A stretch of DNA of 32,000 bases from NCBI GenBank assembly GCA_963662715.1, contig OY759724.1:540001-572000 (forward strand), written 5' to 3'. Of this stretch, positions 1-9,300 are shown in pieces (positions within the stretch are counted from its first letter, which is position 1; the number at the start of each line of letters is the position of its first letter). Source of the stretch: Candidatus Omnitrophota bacterium. GTDB taxonomy: Bacteria; Omnitrophota; Gorgyraeia; Zapsychrales; JANLHA01. Made by a program: the position numbers and the translations under genes. A model generated the notes under the pieces. The model made no database searches, was not told the DNA's origin, and saw only the letters and a program-made list of their open reading frames with translations.

Positions 1-518
1 TCTTTCCCGACCAGCGGATTGAGAAGCGAAGTCGACAGCTTATATCTCAGGGCCGACGGGCCCTGGACCTCCATGAGCTCGCGATAATCGATAAATTCGT
101 TCCAAAACAATTCCGGAAGCCGTTCTGTCCGGGATGAGTTGAAACTGTGCAGGTCCAGCGGCAGGACCACGACCTTTAACTCGGGCATGTCATCCATATA
201 GCGCTTGATCAAATAATAAGAATGCATATAGCTGGTCCCGCCGAACGAGAGGTTGAAGATCATCTGCTGATAAGGAATCAGATTGAGGCCGTCCTGAAAA
301 TGAGAGTCACCCAAAAAGACAATCTGCACCGTATCCTTAACCTGAAGGAACGTATTCAGGACACGGTAATTCTTAGACTTGTTTTTTTCAAACTGCTTGT
401 TGATCCCTTCCAGCACCCAGAAAGACAGCACAAACAGGATACAAAAGAACAAGACATATCCTTTATTAAGCCGATATTTTTGACTGGGCTCAAAACTGGA
501 AATAAATGAATTCTTCAT
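1..518 (-). CDS. SGNH/GDSL-like hydrolase/acyltransferase partner of the MBOAT protein (PatB/AlgJ/DltD-like); partial, 3' end lies beyond the window start
   Basis: Absent from the ORF track because it runs off the window. My own minus-strand translation from ATG 518..516 reads MKNSFISSFEPSQKYRLNKGYVLFFCILFVLSFWVLEGINKQ...DTVQIVFLGDSHFQDGLN. That is an N-terminal TM anchor followed by the GDS(H) block-I motif of SGNH hydrolases. The start overlaps the MBOAT stop by 29 nt (490..518), and the frame stays open to position 1. Confidence 0.6.
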   Translation of the reverse strand, partial: MKNSFISSFEPSQKYRLNKGYVLFFCILFVLSFWVLEGINKQFEKNKSKNYRVLNTFLQVKDTVQIVFLGDSHFQDGLNLIPYQQMIFNLSFGGTSYMHSYYLIKRYMDDMPELKVVVLPLDLHSFNSSRTERLPELFWNEFIDYRELMEVQGPSALRYKLSTSLLNPLVGK

Positions 519-1926
519 AATTGGTCACTCCAAACAGCAATAGCAGGAACAGCATAACAAAATACACCACGAATTGCACCGGAGCCTTCCAGGTCAAGGT
601 CACGAATAAATTATTTTTAATATATTGAAAAATTTGAATAATGAACAGCAGGCAAATGAAGATCAGTGTATACGACATCATGTGCTGATGCAGCATATTG
701 CTCAAGGGCTGTCGCACAAACAGCAACGCATAGGTCATCTCCTTGACTTGTGAGAGACCTTGCGCCCGAAAAAGCAGCCATCCATAACAGGTCAGGTGGA
801 AAAAAATAATGATTTGTAAACCAGATAAAATTTTTCTAAAAAAGTCATTCTTCACTTCCGGACATTTTTGCCTTAATGGGCTTAAGAGTCGATAACCGAC
901 AAGTAAGCATCCCTGGTAAAACCCCCACAAGACATATGTCCAGGCCGCACCATGCCACAGTCCCCCCAAAAGCATCGTAAGCATTAGATTGCGGGCAGTA
1001 AGAATTCCTGACCCTCGGTTTCCTCCTAAGGGAATATAGAGATAGTCCTTTAACCAACTCGACAAGCTGATATGCCATCGCTGCCAAAATTCCCGAGGAT
1101 TTCTGGAGAAATACGGCTGACGAAAATTTACCATGATATCAAATCCCATCAACCGCCCCACTCCCCGGGCGATGTTGCTGTATCCGGCAAAGTCGCAGAA
1201 GATCTGAAAGGCAAAGGCATACAAGCTGACCTGAATCGTCAAACCGTTATAAGGAAACTCTTGGTTAAAGACAAGGTCGACGATCTTGGCCAGATTATCA
1301 GCAATAAACATCTTGAGGAACAGTCCCCAAAAGATAAGAAAGCAACCTTCATACAACTCATCCAATCTCAGCTTTCGCGGTCGCAAGATCTGCGGCAGGA
1401 GTCGCGAGGCACGTTCAATAGGTCCGGCAACGAGTTGCGGGAAAAAGGCTACAAACAGAGCAAAATCGAAAAATTGCCGCGTCGGCTTTAACCGTCTCCG
1501 ATAAATATCAATCGTATAACTCATGGTTTGAAACGTATAAAAGGAGATCCCCACCGGCAGTACAATGTTCAATAGTCTCGGATTCCCTTTCACGCCAATG
1601 AGACCTAAAAACTCCGCAAAGGAGTATACAAAAAAATTGCAATATTTAAAGAAACCTAACAGGGACAGGTTCACAAAGACACTAATAAACAACAGCCGCT
1701 TTCTTCGCTTAATATCCTGCGTCTCATCGATCTTTATGCTACAGAAAAAATCAACAACGGTTGAGATAAGAATAAGAGAAAGGAATCGCCAGTCCCAAAA
1801 GCCATAAAAGACATAGCTTGCAACTAGTAGCAGCCTGTTTTGTTTCCGAACATCTTTGTGAAGGATAAGATAAAGGCTGTAGACAATAACGAAAAAAAAG
1901 AAAAATTCTATAGAATTGAATAGCAC
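490..1926 (-). CDS. MBOAT-family membrane-bound O-acyltransferase (AlgI/DltB/PatA-like)
   Basis: 478 aa, polytopic. Carries the hallmark MBOAT segment REFWQRWHISLSSWLKDYLYIPLGGNRGS with the invariant His. GTG start at 1926. Confidence 0.9.
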   Translation of the reverse strand: MLFNSIEFFFFFVIVYSLYLILHKDVRKQNRLLLVASYVFYGFWDWRFLSLILISTVVDFFCSIKIDETQDIKRRKRLLFISVFVNLSLLGFFKYCNFFVYSFAEFLGLIGVKGNPRLLNIVLPVGISFYTFQTMSYTIDIYRRRLKPTRQFFDFALFVAFFPQLVAGPIERASRLLPQILRPRKLRLDELYEGCFLIFWGLFLKMFIADNLAKIVDLVFNQEFPYNGLTIQVSLYAFAFQIFCDFAGYSNIARGVGRLMGFDIMVNFRQPYFSRNPREFWQRWHISLSSWLKDYLYIPLGGNRGSGILTARNLMLTMLLGGLWHGAAWTYVLWGFYQGCLLVGYRLLSPLRQKCPEVKNDFFRKILSGLQIIIFFHLTCYGWLLFRAQGLSQVKEMTYALLFVRQPLSNMLHQHMMSYTLIFICLLFIIQIFQYIKNNLFVTLTWKAPVQFVVYFVMLFLLLLFGVTNYEEFIYFQF

Positions 1927-2233
1927 GATATGATCACTGGTTTAATACGATGTCTTCCGGACCGTGGCCCTCTTTTAATATAGAGCGGGCCACATAAATG
2001 TTCAAGCACATCTTCATAATATGCTCAATCATCATGTTAAGATAACCACCAAAAAGATGAACCTTTGCGACAATTTCAGGTCCTGTCTCGGTTTTGCCTT
2101 TGCAGGGACGCTAGTTTTTCCCAGCGAGAAAAACCAGTTCCAATCCTCATTTAGGCTTGATCAGGTCAAATTGTTCATCATTAAACAGCTTTTCGTATTT
2201 AAGTCCTTGCTTCGAATCATGAATTCAGTATAA

Positions 2234-4522
2234 TTGAGATGGATTTATTTCCTGGCACAAAGACGCCTTTTCCTCAGAATGATAAAATTCTCTATCCAAA
2301 ATCCCATAAACAAAGCCCTCCTCACCGCTCTAAAATTCCTCCTCCCCTTCCTCCTGTGGATCTATCTGCTTAAGGCCTATATTTGGGGTGAAGCGATTAT
2401 CAAGGGAGACACTTTCCACATCTATTCCGCGGTTAAATTTTATATGGATAATTTCAGACACAGTGTCTTCCCCCTCTGGAATCCCTTTAACATGACGGGG
2501 ATGACAGCTCAGATCTTAATGAACTATATCGGGGCATACAATCCCATTTGGATGCTGACTCTGATCTTAAACGTTTCAGGCGTACATGCCTACAAGGCCT
2601 TTATCATCACCATGATCTGTTATTGCTACATCGGCTCAATCGGATTTTACCTCTTGGCCCGCGCCGTGCTCCGCCATCATGTGGCGGCCTATACGGCCTT
2701 TCTATTGTTGTTGTTTTCCGCGAATAATCTTTTTATCTTGGTTGATTTTAACATTCCGCTGATCTTTATTCCCGGGGTGTGGTTTTTCTTCTTTCTCGTC
2801 CGTTTTTGTCAAAACGGCGGACTCCGGTACTTCATGGGCATCTGTTTCTCCCTTATGCTCATTGTGTCAACTTATCTCCCGACATATGCCCTTACCGTTT
2901 TTCTCTTTGCTGTCCTGATCTTTGTCATCCTCAATGTGAAAGCGACAAAGCTGATCTTAGGCCGAGTGTTTTTATTCCTTAAAACTCACCCTCCGTGGGT
3001 GCTGCTGTTTCTCTTTGGAATCGGCGTCGCCTTATTTCCCGGCGCCAATGCCTATCACTTAACATCCCAAAGGGATGTCCTCGTCTCAAGTCGGCATACA
3101 ACCCAAACCCTTTTTAATAAAGGGGCCCGGATAGACGACTACAGTAGGAGTACGGACGGCGATTTAAGCGCAAGGATGTCCTTGGATGACCTCTTTTCCA
3201 ACTTAGGCAGGCTCCATTACGGCAGGGATATCTTATTTTATGTCTCCATCTTTGCCTACATCCTCCTCGCCCTGAGTTCATTTAACACCACGAATAGAAG
3301 AATTGTATTCCTTGTCTTGCTAGGATTGCTCCTCTTCCTTTTGATGATCACCAACGCCAGCAGCCTCCACCGGTTCCTGTTTAATCACCTCTTCTACTTC
3401 CGGTTCACTCGCAACATCTTCTTCTTCCTGAGTTATTTCATGGCCATCTTCTGCCTTTTGGTCGGCGAACAGACGAGGATATTTCTTGAACAGCGAGAGG
3501 CCCTCAGGAAAAACAAATATTCCCTGCTGTTGGCCATTGTGGTTTTCCATGTCTGCTTCTGGATCTTTATATCAAGTCTAGAGGATGTGATCTTTTCCTC
3601 CTTCCTGACCGTTCTCTTGAGCCTGGTCTTCTGGTGCGCCTTCCTTTTCCTGAAGGGCCGTCACAATCACTCAATTTTGTTTCTCCTTCTTTTCTGCTGT
3701 ATCGTCGTGCAACCCATAGAAGTGTTTCTCAATCATAATAGAGATCATGTGTATCCAGTCTTCTTCCAAAAAGCGGCAAAATACCCGTCAACAAAGGCCA
3801 CTTTTTCTTACGTCCGCGACAAAAATACGAGCATCATTAAACGTCCTGAGGGCAACTATCCCCTCAATGCCTGGTACCGAATATCTCTGACAGATGCCCC
3901 CCAATTTGACAGCACCGGCTTTCCGTGTTATTGGACAAGACATCTTTATACCAGGTTAAAACCAGAAATATTTGACTCCTACGCAAGGGACAAATTTCTC
4001 CTTTACGATCGGATAGAATTGCTCCAAGACCACGACGTTTCCGCAGCCAAATTAGAAGAGGTCTTCACTGACAGAGCAAACCGCGCCATTGTCTTTCCTG
4101 AAGACAGGACAAAAATGGCCGAAGATTTAGCCAATTTTTTAAAGACCCCGAATCAAGACCAGGGCCAGGCCGTGATATTGGATGGCCCGTCACAACATCA
4201 TCTGCGGGTCAACCATTTTGACAGCAATTCCCTGGGAATCGAAACTACATTGACAGAGGCCAAATTCCTGGTTTACAACGATAGTTTTCTCAGACACTGG
4301 CAGGCCACCCTCGACGGGACAAGGATCCCGCTCTATCGCGCCAATATCGCCTTTAAAGGGGTGGCGATCCCTCCGGGAAGACATCTCTTGACCTTCCGCT
4401 ATCATCCCCCGGGAGGAATGATGGGCTACTTCTTTGTCCTCAGTGTCTTTCAGGCCTTCTTTGGACTCGTAATCGTCCTCTTTATCGATAATCGAAAAAA
4501 AGGTTTCCCCGCACATGAATAA
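2234..4522 (+). CDS. Large polytopic membrane protein, YfhO-like / GT-C-like candidate glycosyltransferase
   Basis: 762 aa with many TM helices over about 520 aa, then a soluble C-terminal domain and a final TM. The C-terminal segment NIAFKGVAIPPGRHLLTFRYHPPG resembles the conserved end of YfhO-family proteins. The track start is TTG at 2234; an in-frame ATG at 2279 is an alternative start. Confidence 0.5.
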   Translation: MRWIYFLAQRRLFLRMIKFSIQNPINKALLTALKFLLPFLLWIYLLKAYIWGEAIIKGDTFHIYSAVKFYMDNFRHSVFPLWNPFNMTGMTAQILMNYIGAYNPIWMLTLILNVSGVHAYKAFIITMICYCYIGSIGFYLLARAVLRHHVAAYTAFLLLLFSANNLFILVDFNIPLIFIPGVWFFFFLVRFCQNGGLRYFMGICFSLMLIVSTYLPTYALTVFLFAVLIFVILNVKATKLILGRVFLFLKTHPPWVLLFLFGIGVALFPGANAYHLTSQRDVLVSSRHTTQTLFNKGARIDDYSRSTDGDLSARMSLDDLFSNLGRLHYGRDILFYVSIFAYILLALSSFNTTNRRIVFLVLLGLLLFLLMITNASSLHRFLFNHLFYFRFTRNIFFFLSYFMAIFCLLVGEQTRIFLEQREALRKNKYSLLLAIVVFHVCFWIFISSLEDVIFSSFLTVLLSLVFWCAFLFLKGRHNHSILFLLLFCCIVVQPIEVFLNHNRDHVYPVFFQKAAKYPSTKATFSYVRDKNTSIIKRPEGNYPLNAWYRISLTDAPQFDSTGFPCYWTRHLYTRLKPEIFDSYARDKFLLYDRIELLQDHDVSAAKLEEVFTDRANRAIVFPEDRTKMAEDLANFLKTPNQDQGQAVILDGPSQHHLRVNHFDSNSLGIETTLTEAKFLVYNDSFLRHWQATLDGTRIPLYRANIAFKGVAIPPGRHLLTFRYHPPGGMMGYFFVLSVFQAFFGLVIVLFIDNRKKGFPAHE

Positions 4523-5471
4523 AACCATGACATCTCGTTTTCTCCCCCTGTTGCTGTCGTTCAGCAAAAAGTGTTTAGTCCTCTACCTGAGCGTCGGGCT
4601 GCTATGCTTTCTGCTCGTGGATTCCGATAAAGCCAACCTGAACCGGCTTAATTTTCTCAAGGGACAAGTTGCATCTTATATGCTGGAATTGGAGCACTCC
4701 CCGGAGAAGCCCGATATAGAAAAGATTCAGCTCGCCTTATACTACAATAAAAAGGTCCACAAAAGATTCCCGGATTCACTCGTCCACGGAAGAATCGGCA
4801 CATGCTATTTTTATCTCAACGAACAGGACCAGGCCATCAAGGCCTATCAAGAGGCGATTGCCTTGGAACCGCAATTGTATTCTTTTTATTGGGATTTAGG
4901 GGTGGTCTTCTTTGAAATAAAGGATTATGAGCGCAGCGTCGAATATCTCGGCAAGGCATTTAGGCAAATCCCCATAGCCATGATGTATTTTAAACAAACA
5001 GATGACCTTTTAAACGAGAAGGGGCTGACAAGAAAAATCGTTTTCATTAAGCAATTAGAAAAACGCGCCAAAGTCGATGCCGAAACGGCCCTGCACTTGA
5101 TCGCCCAAAGCTATTTTCACCTCAACAAGTACAGAGAAATGCAACGGGTGGCGTCCGAGGGGATCAAGTCTTTCCCAAACAGTGCCTTGCTGAAGTATGA
5201 CTTGGGTCTGGCTTTTTACAGACAGGAAGATTACCCAAAGGCCGCTGTCTTTCTCTCTCAGGCCATTGGATTGGCCCCACATTTCCTCGAGGCCTATCAA
5301 TTTCGCGCGGCGTGCTGGGAGAAAATGAATATGTATGGAAAGCGACACGTCGATCTTAAGGCTGCAACCGACTTAAAGGACCGTGGGAAGACGGGAACAG
5401 TGCTCCCCCGCGTTCATTCGTATTACTGGATAACGAACCTCCGTCTATTCCTGAAAATGACACGTGTTTGA
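4515..5471 (+). CDS. Membrane-anchored TPR repeat protein
   Basis: 318 aa with an N-terminal TM helix (LVLYLSVGLLCFLLV). TPR-type 34-aa repeats are present, e.g. AIKAYQEAIALEPQLYSFYWDLGVVFFEIKDYERSVEYLGKAF and YPKAAVFLSQAIGLAPHFLEAYQFRAACW. The ATG overlaps the upstream stop by 8 nt (ATGAATAA), indicating translational coupling. Confidence 0.8.
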   Translation: MNKTMTSRFLPLLLSFSKKCLVLYLSVGLLCFLLVDSDKANLNRLNFLKGQVASYMLELEHSPEKPDIEKIQLALYYNKKVHKRFPDSLVHGRIGTCYFYLNEQDQAIKAYQEAIALEPQLYSFYWDLGVVFFEIKDYERSVEYLGKAFRQIPIAMMYFKQTDDLLNEKGLTRKIVFIKQLEKRAKVDAETALHLIAQSYFHLNKYREMQRVASEGIKSFPNSALLKYDLGLAFYRQEDYPKAAVFLSQAIGLAPHFLEAYQFRAACWEKMNMYGKRHVDLKAATDLKDRGKTGTVLPRVHSYYWITNLRLFLKMTRV

Positions 5472-5666
5472 TGGCTATCTAAATACCAAAAAACCTAAAA
5501 ATCCAAGAAAGCAGCCTAAATTTATAAGATGTCTTCTTTCTGAAAATCAAATTATTTGGGAAGAAAAATCCAAGGCCCACCTAAGAACTCTTTAGAGAAG
5601 CCTCGGATGCAAACCCCTTCGCTTCGCGAGAGGGTCCGTTCTCTTTATCTACATATAAATGAAACT

Positions 5667-5686
5667 CCACGGCCTCACGGCCGTGG
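5667..5686. repeat. IS200 end hairpin, 3' side of tnpA
   Basis: CCACGGCC-TCAC-GGCCGTGG: perfect 8-bp GC-rich stem with a 4-nt loop. It differs at one loop base from the copy at 6192..6211. Confidence 0.8.
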
Positions 5687-5717
5687 TTTCTTAACTATTT
5701 TGACTGTGCAAACGCAG

Positions 5718-6146
5718 CTAAAATTCTATCTGCGTTTGTCCTCGGTCTTCCCGGCCTTGATATTCGATGTATCGCTTTATCGATTCTTCGTCGGCTCCAA
5801 CCGTTGACACAAAATACCCTGCTGACCATATCCCTGCCTTTTTCACATACATCTTGTCTAAAAACTTATATCGCCGCCTCATCAGCTTTGCTGTGTTACT
5901 CTTAATCAGATTTACTGCATGACTTACAGCCATCTTCGGCGGAATTGATGCCAAAAGATGCATATGATCTAAATCTGTATTTACTTTTTCAATGATGATC
6001 TCAGGATACCGTCTCATCACTCCCAAAACGCATCTTTTGACATACTCCGCCGAACCCCATCGCAATATCTTTCGCCTATATCTTGTACAAATGACAATAT
6101 GGTATCTGGCATAGTAAACTGTGTGTCCTTGCTTCAAATATCTCAT
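5718..6146 (-). CDS. tnpA: IS200/IS605-family Y1 (HUH) transposase TnpA
   Basis: 142 aa. N-terminus YYARYHIVICTRYRRKIL, HUH motif in DLDHMHLLASIPP, and the catalytic Tyr region IKRYIEYQ near the C-terminus. Size is typical for IS200 TnpA. Confidence 0.92.
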   Translation of the reverse strand: MRYLKQGHTVYYARYHIVICTRYRRKILRWGSAEYVKRCVLGVMRRYPEIIIEKVNTDLDHMHLLASIPPKMAVSHAVNLIKSNTAKLMRRRYKFLDKMYVKKAGIWSAGYFVSTVGADEESIKRYIEYQGREDRGQTQIEF

Positions 6147-6191
6147 GCACCCATTGTATCATACGCAACCAAGACCTCGGAAACGCTTCAT

Positions 6192-6211
6192 CCACGGCCT
6201 CATGGCCGTGG
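6192..6211. repeat. IS200 end hairpin, 5' side of tnpA
   Basis: CCACGGCC-TCAT-GGCCGTGG followed by TTTTTT. Same orientation as the copy at 5667..5686. Confidence 0.8.
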
Positions 6212-6226
6212 TTTTTTCGCGATAAT

Positions 6227-6255
6227 AAAAAATCCCTCATAAAGAGGGATTTTTT
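6227..6255 (-). terminator. Intrinsic (potentially bidirectional) terminator downstream of the giant repeat-protein gene
   Basis: AAAAAATCCCTC-ATAAA-GAGGGATTTTTT: a 12-bp stem including A/T tails, so a U-run follows the stem on either strand. It lies about 90 nt past the stop at 6344. Confidence 0.7.
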
Positions 6256-6343
6256 ATTTATCAGGGTGGCTGGCTAGAGCAGGTTAGAACCTATCTGGTA
6301 ACACTCATAACGTAATCACTCCTTACGATATCTAACTCAAATC

Positions 6344-9300
6344 TTATGGGAGAACATATGTTCCAGTCGTAGTCGCCGTACTGCCTGCGGTTACCGTTAC
6401 ACTTCCATCCACAGGCCGTTCCCATCCGGATATATTCCGGTAACGGATCGTATACGTATTCACCGCTACATTGCTGATCACCTCCCCGCTATTATGCCAG
6501 CCAGTATCTGGCCCGACCGTCATCCGCCACTGCGCCCCGTCATCGATCGCGCCTTGCGGAGATATCGTTACGCTGATCGCGCCCTGCTCGATGATTTCGG
6601 TGTACGTCCCGGTTGTCGTGACTGTGCTGCCATCAGTGACCGTCACACTTCCATCTGCGGGCCGTTCCCAGCCATAGATATTCCGGTAACGGATCGTATA
6701 TGTCCCGACCGGCACATTATTGAGCATATCCCCGCTGTTATGCCAGCCCGTATCCGGGCCGGTTGTCATCCGCCATTGCGCGCCGTCATCGATCGCGCCT
6801 TGCGGAGATATCGTTACGCTGATCGATCCCTGTTCGATAATCTCAGTATACGTCCCGGTTGTCGTCGCCGTACTGCCTAGGGTTACTGTTACACTTCCAT
6901 CTGCGGGCCGTTCCCAGCCATAAATATTCCGGTAACGGATCGTATATGTCCCGACCGGCACATTATTGAGCATATCCCCGCTGTTATGCCAATCTATATC
7001 CGGGCCAACCGTCATCCGCCATTGCGCGCCGTCATCGATCGCGCCTTGCGGAGATATCGTTACGCTGATCGATCCCTGTTCGATAATCTCAGTATACGTC
7101 CCGGTTGTCGTCGCCGTACTGCCTAGGGTTACTGTTACACTTCCATCTGCGGGCCGTTCCCAGCCGTAGATATTTCGGTAACGGATCGTATATGTCCCGA
7201 CCGGCACATTATTGAGCATATCCCCGCTGTTATGCCAGCCCGTATCCGGGCCGGTTGTCATCCGCCATTGCGCGCCATCATCGATCGCGCCTTGCGGAGA
7301 TATTGTCACACTGATCGCGCCCTGCTCGATAATCTCAGTATACGTCCCGGTTGTCGTCGCCGTGTTGCCTAGGGTTACTGTTACACTTCCATCTGCGGGC
7401 CGTTCCCAGCCGTAAATATTCCGGTAACGGATCGTATACGTATTCACCGCTACGTTGCTGATCACCTCCCCGCTGTTATGCCAATCTGTATCCGGGCCAA
7501 CCGTCATCCGCCACTGCGCGCCGTCATCGATCGCGCCCTGCGGAGATATTGTCACACTGATCGCGCCCTGCTCGATAATCTCAGTATACGTCCCGGTTGT
7601 CGTCGCCGTACTGCCTACGGTTACCGTTACACTTCCATCCGCCGGACGTTCCCAACCGTATATATTCCGGTAACGGATCGTATACGTATTCACCGCTACG
7701 TTGCTGATCACCTCCCCGCTGTTATGCCAATCTGTATCCGGGCCAACCGTCATCCGCCACTGCGCGCCGTCATCAATCGCGCCCTGCGGTTCGATTGTCA
7801 CACTGATCGCGCCCTCTTCGATAATCTCGGTATACGTCCCGGTTGTCGTCGCCGTGTTGCCTAGGGTTACTGTCACACTTCCGTCTGCCGGGCGTTCCCA
7901 GCCGTAAATATTCCGGTAACGGATCGTATAGGTACTCACCGCTACATTGCTGATCACCTCCCCGCTATTATGCCAGCCAGTGTCCGGCCCGACAGTCATC
8001 CGCCATTGCGCACCGTCATCGATCGCGCCTTGCGGAGCTATCGTTACGCTGATCGATCCCTGCTCGATTATCGGTGTATATGTGCCTTGCACTTCAACAT
8101 AATCCCCGGCGGGATAAGGGATAACCTGGTCAACCGGGCGCGTCCAGCCGTATATATTCCTGAACCGCACACGATAGTCCGCTGACGGCAAACCGGTAAT
8201 CACGTCTCCGCTATCATGCCAACCCGTATCCGGCCCGGTGGTCAACCGCCATTGCGCGCCGTCATCAATCGCTGCTTGCGGTTCGATCGTGCAGGTGAAT
8301 CCTTCGGTATTATTGACAGTAATAGTGATCAGTTCATTGTCAGACAATGACGGGGTACCGTCATCACTGACCTCAAACTCCACATTCGGATATTCACCGG
8401 CCTGATCATAACCCGGAGTCCAGCTAAAATCCCCGGTCCCGTTTCCGTTATCGGTAAAATTCGCTCCTGTCGGGAGGTTCAATCCGACGAGATTTAAGTT
8501 GTCGCCCTCCACATCGGAAGCCGTGACAGTAAAGCTAAGGGTATCACCTTCATCCACGACTCTGTCGCCGATAGGGTCGAGAACCGGAGCATCATTGACA
8601 GAATGAACTGTTATTGTAACCGTAGCTGTGTTGGAATCGACAGTCCCATCATGAGCTATATAGGTAAAATAGTCTTCTCCATAATAATTCTCATCCGGTG
8701 TATATGTCGCCACATCATCAACCAAAACCACTGATCCATAAGATGGATCATCAACAATAAAATAATCCAAAGGATCACTATCCGGATCTGTTGCCAGTAA
8801 CGTGATATCAACCGCTGTATCTTCATCTGTCTCATCACTGATATCTTCGGCAACTGGCGGATAATTGATGTCATTGTACTCATAAGCACCCATATCCACA
8901 AGCGGCGGAGTGCCGTTGCCGGTATCAATCGTTAATGGATCGTCATAAAACCGCACGTCCCCGGCTAAGTCAAAAGGAAGCGGCTCAGTAGTATCCCCGT
9001 CACCGTCTAAGTCATAAGTATCTACCGGGACAGCCGTATTATCCCCGGCATCGATACTCGGGGAGCCGACGGAAAGCCGCAAATCATCGTCTTCTGTGCC
9101 TGGAATATTATCCGGTCCATCCGGATCAACGAACAATGGATCTGCGTCGATGTTGCCGATACCTGCATATCCGCCTTGAATGTTGGAGTAAGAAATAGTT
9201 GTAGCAGATGGATCCTCTTCATACAATTCATCCGGAGTATCATTCCAGAAAATACAGTTAGACAGGAGCATTAAATCTGGAACAAAATTGAATATCGCAC

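Larger units (their letters stand above)
5650..6225 (-). mobile_element. IS200-type insertion sequence (IS200/IS605 family, tnpA only); ends approximate
   Basis: A Y1 HUH transposase gene is flanked on both sides by near-identical subterminal hairpins, CCACGGCCTCA(C/T)GGCCGTGG, at 5667..5686 and 6192..6211. No tnpB is present. The exact termini cannot be fixed by eye. Confidence 0.75.

Noticed and set aside
222-509. A 95-aa plus-strand ORF at the left edge.
   Set aside because: It is fully overlapped by the minus-strand SGNH-like partial CDS, which has a TM anchor, a GDS motif and translational coupling to the MBOAT gene. The plus-strand peptide has no recognisable features.
845-1807. ORFs at 845..1087, 1072..1491, 1286..1504 and 1565..1807, inside or antisense to the MBOAT gene.
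   Set aside because: The MBOAT frame carries unmistakable family motifs across this span, so these are frame shadows.
1927-2233. Small ORFs in the divergent promoter gap: the 70-aa plus-strand ORF at 2021..2233 and a 33-aa minus-strand ORF. I checked them for an acyl-carrier (DltC-like) protein.
   Set aside because: There is no DSL/Ser-phosphopantetheine motif and no Shine-Dalgarno sequence. The region is more plausibly the shared regulatory region of the two divergent operons.
5556-5807. An 83-aa plus-strand ORF.
   Set aside because: It spans the IS200 end hairpin and overlaps the tnpA 3' end in antisense. It has no Shine-Dalgarno sequence and no motif.
5650-6225. I looked for a TnpB/IscB-type nuclease gene and guide (omega) RNA associated with the IS element.
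   Set aside because: The element is only about 0.6 kb and has room for tnpA alone. It is IS200-type, not IS605/IS607-type.
6471-8185. A series of plus-strand ORFs of 67-128 aa recurring every approx. 246 nt (6471, 6494, 6720, 6966, 7212, 7455, 7478, 7701, 7970).
   Set aside because: They are antisense shadows of the 246-nt coding repeats of the giant minus-strand gene. Their periodicity simply copies the repeat, and the peptides are Pro/Arg/Cys-rich with low complexity.
6347-8314. The regular tandem periodicity could be mistaken for a CRISPR array.
   Set aside because: The period is 246 nt with no short-repeat/unique-spacer structure. The whole region lies in one long ORF encoding a well-formed 82-aa domain, and no cas genes are present.
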